Below, one piece after another: positions 49,705 to 62,762 of a DNA stretch of 64,000 nt. The notes under the pieces are model-generated. The model did not search any database and was not told the origin of the DNA. It was given only the letters and a program-made list of their open reading frames with translations. Origin of the DNA: Lytechinus pictus (taxonomy: Eukaryota); assembly GCF_037042905.1 (NCBI RefSeq), contig NC_087251.1, positions 25,298,001 to 25,362,000 on the forward strand, read 5' to 3'. How positions within the stretch are numbered: the stretch's first letter is position 1; the number at the start of each line of letters is the position of its first letter. A program made the translations under genes and the position numbers.

Positions 49705-51271
49705 TGATCAAAGGGGTTTTGCTACTGAAGATTTTAAAGGCAAAGTTTTAAATGTTAAAGGAAACTTAGATGATGAAAAATTGTCTGAGATTTTCTTATT
49801 TTTATGTCACGACCTGTCCTTTGGTAAATAGGAATTGTGTTGATATCTCAACATGTCTCTCTTTCGTTTAAGTTGAAACTGATAACTGACAATTTATATT
49901 TCATACATATTATTTAATTTTTGGTTTCTTACAAGAAACAAAAAATAAGGTATTGTTTTATGACTTTCATATGAAAGATCTGCCATTATCATAATATTAC
50001 TACACATGTATTTGTTATTTACACGACTGTTTCCAAGTTGTTGGGGCTCCTGGCTGGTTCCATTATCAATTGGCCTCATGAAGATGAAAGTGGTTAGGGT
50101 ATTTAAATGAAAATACATATAAATCAAGGATTTTGACAGGATACACTTTTCCAATAATTTTATGGTGCATATTATTTATGTAGACATATGGTGCTATTCA
50201 TTGAGCGGCTTAAACATGTACCATCGTTATCCTTGAGAAATTATGTTCAATGGAATACAAATTTTTCTCTTTTTTGCTTTTGTTATTGTTTCTGTGTTTC
50301 TCAGAGTAGTCAGGATAGTGATGTATGTCTTAAACAAATCCCCGAAGGATTGATGAAAAAAAAGCTGTACTTTACAATACATTTTTGTTTGTAAAAGCAT
50401 CATCCTTTTTGTAAGAACTCATACATCTGGTGTAAGGAAACATTAAGAGCTATAGCTTGATGTATGTAGCCACTTCTTCAATTATTTTGTTTGTGTTTAT
50501 ACTTTGATAATAACTAATCTATTCCAAGTCCATTGTGAATTGAACATCTTGGCCTATAGGGTATTATAGAGCTCAATACTGCCCTGGTTACTGTACATGA
50601 TTGTATATTGTCTTTGTAGACGTTTTTTGATAAATACTAGGAAAAGCTATTAGGAGACTAGGAGTGGTTTTTTCTTTTGTTTTTGTTGTAAAGTTGTACT
50701 TTGTTATGTTTTCTTTCACAATTCATTGAATGCGAAGTTTTTGATGGAAAGTATGTGATTGGTCAGGATCAACACTTCAAGAAAAAATCTATAGGTTTTT
50801 AATTATCTATTGAGATACATGTTGGGTTCGTTTTATAACCATTGATTTGTAAAGATGTTCAGACAGAACTTAGAAAGTTTACAGAGAATTCATTTTAAAA
50901 CCACTCCATGCTTTATTATCATTATTGTGGTTTTTTTTTTCAGAGTGTGACTTGTTACTTATGGCAATGTTGTTTTTGTAAAACAAAAGAACAATTTGTT
51001 CTCTCATTTAAGTATTTTTTTAAGGAACAAAGCTAAAATAGAAGCTTGATATTATTTATCTTTTCTGTATAATGACTCGTTGCATTAATTTACACCTGGC
51101 ATAAGAAGTAAATTTGAGATAATTTTGTCTCCACAGTGTCTTTTTTAATTCTCTATCTCTATCCTTAACTTGAGTTTTTTTAATACTGCCATGTATGCTT
51201 GTAGTGGCAATGTATATGTAGCTTCTAGTAAAACCTTTCAACATGTAACTTTTTGTGACTGAAAGTGATTT

Positions 51272-52318
51272 TTGTCTCACCTGCGAAGCATAGTGAGACC
51301 TTATGCGCCGCTTTTCCGACGGCGTCAACACCAAATCTTAACCGAAGGTTAAGTTTTTTAAATGACAGTATAATGTAGAAAGTATAAGGACCTAGTTCAT
51401 TAAACTTTGCCATAAAGTTAATCAAGTATTGCTGAACATCCTGCTTGAATTTTGAGTCACATGACCAAGGTCAAAGGTCATTTAGGGTCAATAAACTTTG
51501 GCCAAATTGGGGGTATTTGTTGAATTACCATCATAACTTTAAAAGTTTATGGATCTGATTCATGAAACTTGGACATAAGAGTAATCTTGTGCCACTACAC
51601 ATCCTGTGTGAATTTCAGGTCACATGATCAAGGTCAAAGGTCATTTAAGGTCAATGAACTTTGGCCAAATTGGGGTATTTGTTGAATTACCATCATAACT
51701 TTGAATGTTTATTGGTCTGGTTCATAAAACTTGGACATAAGAGTAATCAAGTATCACTGAACATCCTGTGCAAATTTCAGGTCACATGACCAAGTTCAAA
51801 GGTTAATGAACTTAGGCCATAATCTATTGAATTACCATAACTTCTGAAGTTTTTGGATCTGTTTCAAGAAACTTAGACATAAGAGTAATCATGTACCACT
51901 ACACATCATGTGCGAATTTCACGTCACATGACCAAAGTCAAAGGTCATTTAGAGTCAATGAACTTTGGCCATATGGGGGTATCTGTTGAATTACCATCAT
52001 AACTTTGAGAGCTTTATGGATCTGATTCATGAAACTTGGACATACATGTAAGAGTAACCAAATATCACTGAATGTCTTGTGTGAGGTACAGGTCACATGA
52101 CCTCTCAAAGTTTATAGATATAGTGTATAAAATGTGGATATAGGGGTAATCAAGTTTCTCTGACAAGTTTTAGATCACATGATCAAGGTCAAATGTCAAT
52201 GAACGTAGTATTGTATCATTATACATGAATGGTGTTTTTGTGAATAATTATTTCATAGTATGTTTCAGAGTGTGAATCGTTTGATGCGAGTGAGACTGTC
52301 AGAGGCGCTCCACTTGTT
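51272..52318 (+). mobile_element. HINE-like element
   Basis: GTCTCACCTGCGAAGCATAGTGAGAC head, ~160-bp cores, GTGAGACTGTCAGAGGCGCTCCACTTGTT end. Confidence 0.8.
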
Positions 52319-52908
52319 TTTTCATGGAATGATAACCAAGATATTGACTGATTATGTTGATTTATTAATAATTTATTGAAAAATATGAATGTTTGATTGA
52401 TCACATTACACATTGATTATGAGTAGACTTATTGATAAATTGTTTAATAAATGATTGATATGTAAAACTTGATGCACCACTCCCGATTTTCATTATTTAT
52501 CATTAAATCAACATTGTGCTCTTGACTTTCTTACGCACATGTAATAGCAATCTGTCTGTCAACAGGAGGGGAGGGAGGGGGCTAAATGTTCTCTTAACCC
52601 TTATTCCATCAACCTAATTCTCCCACTAAGTGCCATCTCACTCCCTATTATCCCGACCCCCATGAAGATCCACATGATAAAAGTTAAAATGCTGCCCAGA
52701 AAAGTACAATTTGTGTTCACTCATGCATTGAAGTTCAATTTAATAATTTATGAAATTTACTTGAACAACCAAACTGGTCATGATTGATCATTAATTCATC
52801 ACAACACCCTTAATTTTTCAGGTTTCAATTAAAGGATTTGCCTCTCAGAACTGGCAGAAATTGTAAGGCTAATTCATGCCCAGCCTTATTTTCATACCCT
52901 TTCTTTAA

Positions 52909-53472
52909 AGAACAAGTCCATCCCAACAAATAGTGGATTGAATAAAAAGAGAAATATCAAACAAGTATAACACTGAAAATTTCATCAAAATCGGATGTAA
53001 AAAAAGAAAGTTTTGACATTTTAAATCTTTGCTTAATTTCACAAAACAGTTATGCACATGCTGGTCAGTATGCAAATGAGGAGACTGATGACATAATCCA
53101 CTCACTATTTCTTTTGTATTTTATTATGTGAAATATGGAATATTCTATTTTTCTCCTCTTTGTCAAGTGAAACAACGATTAATTCCTCCCTGAACATGTA
53201 GAATTAGCATTATTTAATACTATATTGTTCAGACATGTTGGTCCTTATTGTCAAATCTATAAAAAAAAAAAATATTGTATAATTCAAACAATATAAAACA
53301 AAAGAAATAGTGAGGGGCATCATCGGCCGTCTCATTTGAGTTGTGCATAACACTGTGTTGTGAAAAATAAGCAAAACTTTAAAATGTCATAACTTTCTTA
53401 TTTTACATCCGATTTTGATGAAATCTTCAGCGTTTAGCAAGTTTGATTTTTCTCTATTTACTCAAATCAACA
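52909..53472. mobile_element. Kolobok-like MITE family A, right end lost
   Basis: TTAA|AGAACAAGTCCATCCCAACAAA and body matching 3480/31019. Confidence 0.75.
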
Positions 53473-54204
53473 TAGTGGGGAGTGCTCGCTAAACACTTAT
53501 GGGTGTCTTTGAAGGTTGACTTTATTGGCTTTCCCCCCCCCCCCCCAAAGTGATATATTTTTTTGTTTGGCAGCCATTTCAAAAGTGTATAGTTTTTTTG
53601 GACGCACTGACTGTATAGGAGCTTCCATCAAATAGATATTACTATTGTATCAATGTCAGGGTCGTATGTAGGGGGTGCAAAAAGGGAAAAGGGGTGCGGA
53701 TAAAGAAATTGAAAAAAATGAAAAGGTAAAAGAATAACAGTGCTGAAAAGGGATACCTCTTGTTATTACCATGGTAATGCAGTTTCCAACACATTTAGAA
53801 AATTAATCTTGCATGTCTTTATGCAGGGATGAATATTCATGCCACTTTTTGATTGATGTTAATCATACTAATTCTCTAAAAATTCCAACAAACAGAAATA
53901 TTCCTTTTTTAACGCAAATCTTGCTGCCGGTTTGCATTTTGATATTTTACTTTTCATTAATTCTCACAAATAGTTCTGAAATACATTATTCTCTGGTTCT
54001 ATTGTCAAAGCTTTTCAATACGCGCTGATTTGATAAGGGAGATATAAATCATCTTCATAGATTTCTACTAGTAATCATTGAAATGTCCTTTTTGGGTGAG
54101 AATATAATATAAAGTCAAGTCATATAAAGTATAATCTCAAGCATGGTAAAAAATAATGTGACATATACTTAGTACTACATGTAGTTTCTATGTATGAAAT
54201 CACA

Positions 54205-55130
54205 GATGAAATAATCGTGAAGATGATGATCAAGATGTGGTGATGAGGATAATGATGTGGGTGAAGATGATAATTATAGACTGGTGATGGTGATGAGGTG
54301 GGTGGTGATGATGAGGATAGTGATAGTAATGGTGTCGATGATGGTGATGATGAAGCCAGTGGTGTTGACGGGTATTTTGATGATAGTGATGATGAAATTG
54401 GTGATGATGGTGGGGGTGAGGTCTTGGGGGAAAGAGCCCCCCCCCCCTCCCCCGAAAAAAATGATAATAAAATACAAAACATAAATAATAAGAGAAAGAA
54501 AAGAGAGAAGATTTTCAGTATTATGTCAGAATCTATCAAAACGTAAAATTATGTAATAAAAATATAGAAAAGTTTGCTTGCTCACAATTAAAAAAAAAAA
54601 ATACTGGCACAATCTGCCATATCTTGTCCCTCTCAAAATCTTTGGCTCATTACGCCAATGATAATTTATTTGGTGGTGATAATGAAAGTAATTATATTAA
54701 TAATGATGGTGATTATGATGGTCATGATAGTGACGATGATCATGATGGTGTGGTGATGGCAATGATATTGATGAAGTTGATGATGATCACTCCCTTTTCA
54801 TCTCCAACCATTTTCACATCTCCAGCTTTCATCTCAATCCTTCCTCTCATCTCTAACCTCTCCTCATGTCAACCCTTCCACATCGTTTCCATCCACCTCA
54901 TCTCCCTGCTCGTCTCTTGTAACCCACTCATCTCTAAACTTTATCATCTCCATCCCTCCCACATCATCTCCATCCATCCTTGCATCATCCCCATTCCTCC
55001 TCTCATCATCTCCATCCACTCGTCGTCCCCACCCTTAACTCCATCACTCATCATCATGGCCATCCCACCTTTCATCATCTCCACCACCCCCCCCCCATTT
55101 AATCTTCATCTCTCCAATCATTTCCATCTG
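54205..55130. repeat. Degenerate (GAT/GGT)n and (CAT/CCAT)n low-complexity tracts
   Basis: GATGAT-rich 54205-54420 and 54660-54790; CATCTC/CATCC-rich 54790-55130. Confidence 0.7.
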
Positions 55131-55137
55131 ATTACCA

Positions 55138-55299
55138 GGTGACCCAACATTTGCTCCTGCGATAATTGCCCCAGGATTAATTCTGTCTTCGAGGGTCAGG
55201 GTTGCAATAGGGTTTCATGGTAGGTTTAGGGGTTGAAGCTGAATAGTGTGTGGAATTTACAGCGGAGCAATTGTCGCCAGAGCAAATGTCATGGAACTC
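55138..55299. mobile_element. Short MITE with 7-8 bp TSD
   Basis: ACATTTGCTCCTGCGATAATTGC / GCAATTGTCGCCAGAGCAAATGT inverted ends, ATTACCA on both flanks. Confidence 0.7.
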
Positions 55300-55529
55300 A
55301 TTACCACATCTCTCATTAAAGGTTGAATATTAAGCGGGATAAAGAATACTTCATAGTGAAATAACCCAATATTCAAAATACTTCTTTGGAGTAAAGTGGT
55401 TTTATTAAGTAACAATAAGATAAACTTAATCAGATGTACAGTTACATTGTAACACATATTGAACTGAGGTGTATATAAAATACATGTATATTATATCCCA
55501 CAAAAATCAAATCCTGGTTCAAAACTTAA

Positions 55530-56106
55530 AGGGATGGTCCGGGCTGAAAATATTTACATCTTAATACATAGAGTATAATTCACTGAGCAAAATGCCGAAA
55601 ATTTCATCAAAATCGGATAACAAATAATAAAGTTATTGAAGTTTAAAGTTTAGCAATATTTTGTGAAAAAAGTTGTCATGAATATTCATTAGGTGGGCTG
55701 ATGATGTCACATCTCCACTTTCTGTTGTCTTATGTTATTACATAAAATCATATTTTTTTCATTATTTCATACTTGTCTGAATGTCCCCCTTATAATGAAA
55801 TAAGTTGCAGCAATAAATATTTAATGCACTATTCAGTTGACAATCCAATTTTTCTAGTTCTTGGAGGAAAAAAAATTGAATAAACCTAATTTCATATAAT
55901 AAAATACAAAAGAACAAGTGGAGATGTAACATCATCAGCCCACCTAATGAATATTCATGACGACTGTTTTCACAAAATATTGCTAAACTTCAAAATTCAA
56001 TAACTTTGTTATTTGTTATCCGATTTTGATGAAATTTTCTGCATTTTGCTCAGTGAATTCTACTCTATTTATTAAGCTACACATACTTTCAGCCCAGACC
56101 ATCCCC
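55530..56106. mobile_element. Kolobok-like MITE family B
   Basis: TTAA|AGGGATGGTCCGGGCTG..CAGCCCAGACCATCCCC|TTAG. Confidence 0.85.
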
Positions 56107-57175
56107 TTAGATAGCATTACATTACCAGATACATTATTATGATGATAAATATGACAATAGCATAGTAATATCATTATTCCAGTTGGGAACAATATCCTCT
56201 GTTTTGGTGTCTATGTAAAGCTAACAATAAGGACAATCTTAAAATCACAATAGTGGCCAATTCAATTAACATTTATCAAACAATTGCACTTTGTTTCAGG
56301 AATATACATCCTGTTATAAATTACTAAATTCATATTTGGTTACCATGTCAATTACATAAACCCCAACTTACCTGGAGGGATTTTCAGCCATCCCTCATCA
56401 TTGTTTGCCATAAACAAAAACTGGCCATACAGGGTTTGCGATTCAGGCGGCCTCAAAATAGTTGGAATGATAAGAATGATATAGAGTACTGACAATATTA
56501 TAGCGATATCAAATATTTTGAAGCTCTGCAGTCTGCACCTCTTTTGCTACTGAAACAAATCAAACCATTTCAATCTTCACTTTGTCTTCAATTTAGAAGC
56601 AAATAATTTTTTTAAATATATTAAAGTTAAGATAATTGCAACTCATTCAATCTTAACATGAAAGTTCACTTGGACAAAACAAGTCTGCTATGCAGGTGAG
56701 ACAAAAAAATTGGTGAAGGTTTGAGGAAAATCTGTTAAATATTAAAAAAATTATTAGAATTCTAAGCTTAGCCTTTGGATTTGTGGCGTCACACACACGA
56801 GCAGCTGCCAAATAAAGTTATGTAATATAAAATGCATGAATTTCATTTTTTAATGGTTCCAGAGGACATATTTTTGTTATTTTGTGTTTGGGTGTAAAAT
56901 GATTGGTCCTTTGATATAGAAAAGGTATAGAAAAAAAAAATTCATTATGTAGAAATGCTGCCCGAATATGACGTTACAACTCAAATAATTGAAATTCAAA
57001 TAACTTTTTAATTCTTTGATGGATTTTCCTCAAAACTTAGGCAATATTTTTATTTTTTTTTTCTTCTGTTTTAACAATAAACTTTTTGTCAGCGTGAACT
57101 TCCCCTTTAAACCCACTTGAACGATACTTGGTATCATTTGGAAGATTTATAAAACAGATATTACACATGAATTAA

Positions 57176-57768
57176 ACCTAAATAGACTGGGCTATTTCGA
57201 TGCCTAAGAAGACTGTGGGGGGGGGGGCTGATTCAGCCCCCCTCCTTATGATCTCGGCCGTTGATCGCGACGAAACTTGGCACCCGCGTTACCAATGGCA
57301 TAATATACAAAACTACAGGATCAAACTCTGTGAAAAATCTCATTGCTAATTAATTATGCTAATTTATGCATGAAATCAGAATTTTGCTTTAATTAACTAA
57401 ATAATGCCCCTAAAATGCTAATTTTTGGTACACAGACACTTTATATTAATCTGTTCAAATGTACTAACAAAAAATTTCAAAATCACATTAATTTTTTCAT
57501 GTATTTAACTGTTTTCAAAATTTCTTATGTATTTCTTTGTTTTTGGACTTTATGTTTTTATTGTTTTTTCAATGGAAATTGTCGGGGACTTTATTTGGAC
57601 CATAAATAAGATGGAATTAATTGATTTCAATCAGTAAATGGAAAAATTATACATTTATGAATTTCGGCTAAAAACTCTATTTGCATTGGATTTGTACACA
57701 AATTTACGTTTTTGTGCAATTTTGGGTCTGCATGCACTTATGAAATGATGCGTAATTTTGGAACCCCC
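57176..57768. mobile_element. piggyBac-like MITE, one end only
   Basis: TTAA followed by ACCTAAATAGACTGGG..GGGGGGCTGATTCAGCCCCCC; truncated by the next element. Confidence 0.5.
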
Positions 57769-58067
57769 CGTATCCAAAATATCCGTGAGTAGATGTCTGG
57801 GGGGGGGGGGTAAATGTCCAGGGGGTAGATGTCCGGGGGGTAGATGTCCGGGGGGGTAAATGTCCGGGGGGGTAAATGTCCGGGGGTAAATGTCCGGGGG
57901 TAGATGTCCGGGGGTAATTGTCCGGGGGGTAGATGTCCGGGGGGTAAATGTTCAGGGGTAGATGTCCTAGGGGGTAGATGTCCTAAGGGGGTGGATGTCC
58001 GGGGGGTGGATGTCCGGGTGGTGGATGTCCGGGGGGTGGATGCCCAGGGGGTAGATGTTCGGATACG
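57769..58067. repeat. ~15-bp tandem array (GGGGGTAGATGTCCG)n, probable foldback/MULE arm
   Basis: Tandem units bounded by CGTATCC / GGATACG. Confidence 0.75.
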
Positions 58068-59258
58068 ATACAATATATATATCAAAAAAGTTAATTTTTC
58101 ATTCAATTCGATTGTTCTTTCTTTCTTTTAAAGAATTTGGAAATACATGTACCAAAAATAAGAGTTGAACTTTGATATACCTGCATGAACTGCATAAAAA
58201 ATTATTTATTGTATCTATGAAGCTGTATTACCTCATCGATCAAAGGACTGCCCAAGTCATTGGAATTCGGTACTCTTTATTTTAATGAAAGAAATGGAAA
58301 ATCCGTCTTGTTGAATATGAAACCTCTTCTCGTCCATGGTGTAGGTTGGTACCAGCCCAAGTGCTTGTATCCTCCAGGAGACCCGTTGTTTACAACTTTT
58401 AAATGGAAGTTTCATTAAAGCTGCGACAGTAACAAGTAAACAAATGAGAGACGTGTTTTTTATATCGAAAAGCAAGTTTTTAGATTTTGATAAGGCAAGT
58501 TAAGTTTTTCAATTTTAGTAGAATACATTTCTTTTTTCAATGACATATTCTTTCATATTGAGAAACTAAGTGTTTCAATTTTGATTATAATCATGATTAC
58601 ATTCTATGTCAGTTGTGCATCCCCATCCTGCTCCTACAAACTTAGAAAACACTAAAAATTTGTAATTATGTATACGAACAAAAATAAACAATGAAGACAA
58701 TTTCCTACAAAACTGTAAACTTCATCATGATAACGTCAATACTGAGAATTGTTCACCCCTGTGCATTTTGTGTATTTTTTGTAGCCTTGCACAATTTGCA
58801 GATATGACCCATATGCCCCTATAAAACATACCTTTGTTAAGTCAGGTGGCTTGTTGACGAAAAGGAACTATTACGGATGGCAAATTCCTCTTGGGATTGT
58901 ATAAGTACAACAATCAACTGAGCTGGCCTCCGAAGAACCAATGTAACTGTGTTTATTCAATCTAGGAGGTTAAAAGAAAAAGAGGGAAAAAACATCCTCA
59001 GTTTCATGACCATAAATATATCACTGAAATTGTAGTTTACATAACTTTCTATATCATCATGAACCTACATGTAATGCATATTTGACTCTACAGTCTGAAT
59101 TAAATGGACTTGACAAATAAATTGAATATTGTTGGTAAAAATAATCTTCTATGTCTGAACAGGTGTCTGCAGCAGTTAAAAAATGATGCATATTTGTTGC
59201 ATTTAACTCTGCCAAAGACAAATCTAAACGTCTGAAAGAAGACTAATGTTTGCATTTC

Positions 59259-59447
59259 AACTGGGCGTTGTGGCGTGCGCCTGTAATCCAAGCTACGTGG
59301 GGAAGTTACAATTTGATGCAGAAGTTCGAGGTTCGAATCCTGGTCACGTCTTTCGGATGGTGACGTTAAAGGTCGGTCCCAGACGTAAATAATCATATCT
59401 GATTGATACACGTCTGACAAAACTCAAATACACACACACACACACAC
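59259..59447 (+). mobile_element. SINE-like unit 1: 7SL Alu-domain head, tRNA-type B box, Deu/Nin-like core, (CA)n tail
   Basis: Head ACTGGGCGTTGTGGCGTGCGCCTGTAATCCAAGCTAC matches the recalled human 7SL 5' end at 29/37 ungapped positions; GGTTCGAATCC at 59330-59340; GTCTTTCGGATG-GTGACGTTAAA core; CA tail. Confidence 0.75.
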
Positions 59448-59448
59448 T

Positions 59449-59635
59449 AACTGGGCGTTGTGGCGTGCGCCTGTAATCCAAGCTATGTGAGGAAGTTACA
59501 AATTGATGCAGAGGTTCGAGGTTCGAGCCCTGGTCACGTCTTTTGGATGGTGATGTTAAAGGTCGGTCCCAGACGTAAATAATCATATCTGATTGATACA
59601 CGTCTGACAAAAACTCAAATACACACACACACACA
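59449..59635 (+). mobile_element. SINE-like unit 2, head-to-tail copy of unit 1
   Basis: Starts 190 bp after unit 1; about 8 substitutions and 1 indel, several at CpG; same CA tail. Confidence 0.75.
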
Positions 59636-59804
59636 TTCTGTGCAGTTTCCACATATAAAAACAAAACATTCTAATGCTAGGTGCATAATTTATCCTTTTT
59701 CTGAAATAATTGTTTTTCCTAATTTTGGAAATCCTTTTCTCTCACAAAACCTTACTTTTGGTTAAAACAATATCTGCTATCAAAAATATCAACTAATTCA
59801 AATA

Positions 59805-60913
59805 GTCACTCTCAATGGGACGGTTCGCCGATGAATATTCATTAGATTGTGGTCGTGTGCACGTGTGTGTGTACAATACCGAGTGTAAAAAACAAAGAAA
59901 GTTTTCAAATGGTGTGTGTGTGTATAACACAACGCAGGAGTTTATTTTACAGAGAATGAGTAGTATAGTGCAGAAAATTAAAGTGTACAATGAAGTTTTA
60001 CAGAGGAGGAAATAATATAAATACATATGGAAGACAATGCAAGATGAGGTGAGGCAAGTACAGTGATTTTTTTTTCTCAAAAGTATTAGTAGTAGAGGAA
60101 ATCATGGGGAAAAAATATATTATAGAGGACAATGTAACATGAGATGAGGCAAGTCTGCAATGAGGTTTTTTTTTCAAAGGAGGAGATAATACAAATATAT
60201 ATCTAGAGGACAATGTAAGATGAGATGAGGCAATTAAGTGTACAGTGAGGTTTTAACAAAGAATGTATAACTAGGATAAGATAAAAAGAGGACAATGTAA
60301 GATGAGCTGTGGTAAGTGTACAGTGAGGTTTTTTCAAAAGAGGAGATGATAAAAAAATACCGGTATGTAGAGGACAATGTAAGATGAGGCACGTGTACAT
60401 TGAGGTTTTATCAAATAATGTATAATGATGATGTAGACTGTAGAGGACAATGTAAGATGAGCTCTCACTGTACACTTGCCTTGAGCCCTTGATCATCTCA
60501 TCTTACATTGTCCTCCATATTTGTATTATCTCCTCTTGAAAAAACCCTCACTGCACACAAGTTTGCCTTATCTCATCTTACATTGTCCTCAATAATATAT
60601 TTGTATTATTTCCTCTACTAATACTTTTGAAAAAACAACATCACTGTACTTGCCTTACCTCATCTTGCACTGTCCTCCATATATTTATATTATTTCCTCT
60701 TCTGTAAAACTTCATTGTACGCTTTTATTTTCTGCACTATACTACTCATTCTCTGTTAAATAAACTCCTATCCCTACGTTGTTTTATACACACTCACCAT
60801 TTGAAAACTCTCGTTATTTACACTCGGTATAGTACCGGTATACACACACACACACACACCCATGCACGTGATCCAATGAATATTCATCGGCGAACCGTCC
60901 CATTGAGAGTGAC
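59805..60913. repeat. ~1.1-kb imperfect inverted repeat with internal ~60-bp tandem units
   Basis: GTCACTCTCAATGGGACGGTTCGCCGATGAATATTCATT at 59805, reverse complement ending 60913; GAGGACAATGTAAGATGAG units flip near 60460-60495. Confidence 0.85.
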
Positions 60914-62762
60914 GTAGGAGCTGGACATTTCATCGCCCTTTGTTGTCATCAAAAGTGGCTACCAGAAAATACAAGCATTGAACCTAGCCGCTTGTAATGG
61001 GCACTTAATACATGCGTTAAAACTTTCACTTGACTCGTGCACTTTCCGTTCCAAATTTTCACATTTGTATGTTACATATATATAGATCCTATTTATCTCA
61101 TACTTTACTCACTTTCTTGGTGGAAAGTACCATGACTCAGAAAGTCAGGAATGAAACATAATGGTGTAATTTGCCTGAAAAACTACAGCGAAACAGCTAA
61201 AATCATGCCTGCTGCACATGCCTGCTGGCCTGAAGCAGGCCTGGACCCAGGAGTCCAAAGTGCATTTAAACATAGACTAGGGACTAGGGTAGATTGTGGT
61301 CTCAATAACTTGGAAAGAAAATTGTGAAAACAGAAATTATGCACTTACCATGATTATATGGATGAAGCCAGGTCAATCGTGTGGCAGTATCCTGACATCG
61401 AGGTACAGACTGGAATCTCAAAAAAACGAAAAGTTATCTCCTGCTACCCCAGTCTCGATCAGCCATTTTGTTATGAATTTTGAAAAAAATTAGGAGATGT
61501 ATCACGAGGTATTCTGTCCCGTGAGTATGGGTAAATACACGGTGAGCTCTGACCTGGGACTCACTGGGAGAACTTCTTGTTTTTTTGAGGTTCCAACTTC
61601 CAGTCCGTGCCTCGATGTCAGTACATGTACCACTCGATAGACCTTCATCCATCGTGGTAAGTGCATAATTTCTGTTTTCACAATTTATCTTGCTAGATTA
61701 ATAGATATAGCGAACATAATCTACCCTTGTCCTGTGAGTATGGGTAAATACACGGTGAGCTCCTGGGCGCCGGCCCGCGAAGCATGCCGGCGCTCCCGGG
61801 CCTGGGTATGACCACTCATTCAATGAACAAGGTTATGATATAACCTTGTTCTCAGTTACATCTCCATGTGTGGCAAAATAAGGTTGCAATGTTTGACTTA
61901 TTTTCTCTTTTTCTTTTGGACAAATGCTTGATTTTTTTACACTGTCAGTTTCCATTACAGCTTTTCACTATATAACTTGGGTCTTAAATAAATTTGATTC
62001 TTTAAATTATTTTTTCTTTATTAAAAATAGAGCTTAAAAAATGAAAATTTTCTTGCCATATTACTTTCCACCAATAGAGGGCGTACAAAAAAAATATGCC
62101 CAAAATTCAAGTTTTTAAGCGCTCTGGTCAATACAAAAATTATTCTATGTTACTAATGAAAATTGAATTGCAACTGTATGGAAATTAATAATTTTGGTCA
62201 CAAAAGTGATATTTTAATGATTTTTTAAAGTGTGTGCTCTGTACAGCATTGGCATGCCATAGTCCTACCTGTAGATTCCCCACAGGCAGGATGGTTGCAG
62301 TGAACAAGTGGGTATGACCAATGATACTTTCAGTGTTGAAAATGAAATACATCTTCCGTGCTTTTTTCTTCTTGCTGTGCTGGATAACCTCATGGTAACA
62401 CTTAACAGGCACTCGCGCTCATGCCTAAGTAAGTTACAACATTAGCATCGAGTCACCATGGACAAAAGTTCTTCTTACTTAGGTCTTAGCTATCAATATC
62501 ATACTCAAAGCAGCAGAATCGTAATCGTACCCAGGCAGCAGGGAGAATCCACACCGCGGCCGGGCAGCTTCGCGGGTGTGGGCTCTCTGCCTCTGGGTTA
62601 GCAACCAAGCGGCACGGAAAGCATCGAACCATCATCTTCTCCGTTGTTCTCCCCCGATATTCGGGGCAGGGATCAGCGGTATCCGCTGCTCAGGTTGGGG
62701 TGTCAGGTTTGTTAACAATAACACCATGAAAGCCGACAACCATGGCTGCCGTTGTATTATAA

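Noticed and set aside
54120..55142. Acidic or His/Ser-rich ORFs
   Set aside because: Translations of degenerate GAT/CAT low-complexity DNA with no domain or splice support.
57738..58131. Pro/Thr- or Gly/Val-repeat ORFs
   Set aside because: Translations of a 15-bp tandem array.
59259..59447. Functional 7SL RNA gene or tRNA gene
   Set aside because: Similarity to 7SL stops after ~50 nt with no S domain; no full cloverleaf; ends in a CA microsatellite rather than an oligo-T terminator.
62185..62412. 75-aa minus-strand ORF with a donor at 62268
   Set aside because: No recognisable domain and no in-frame partner exon found; kept only as part of the speculative non-coding transcript.
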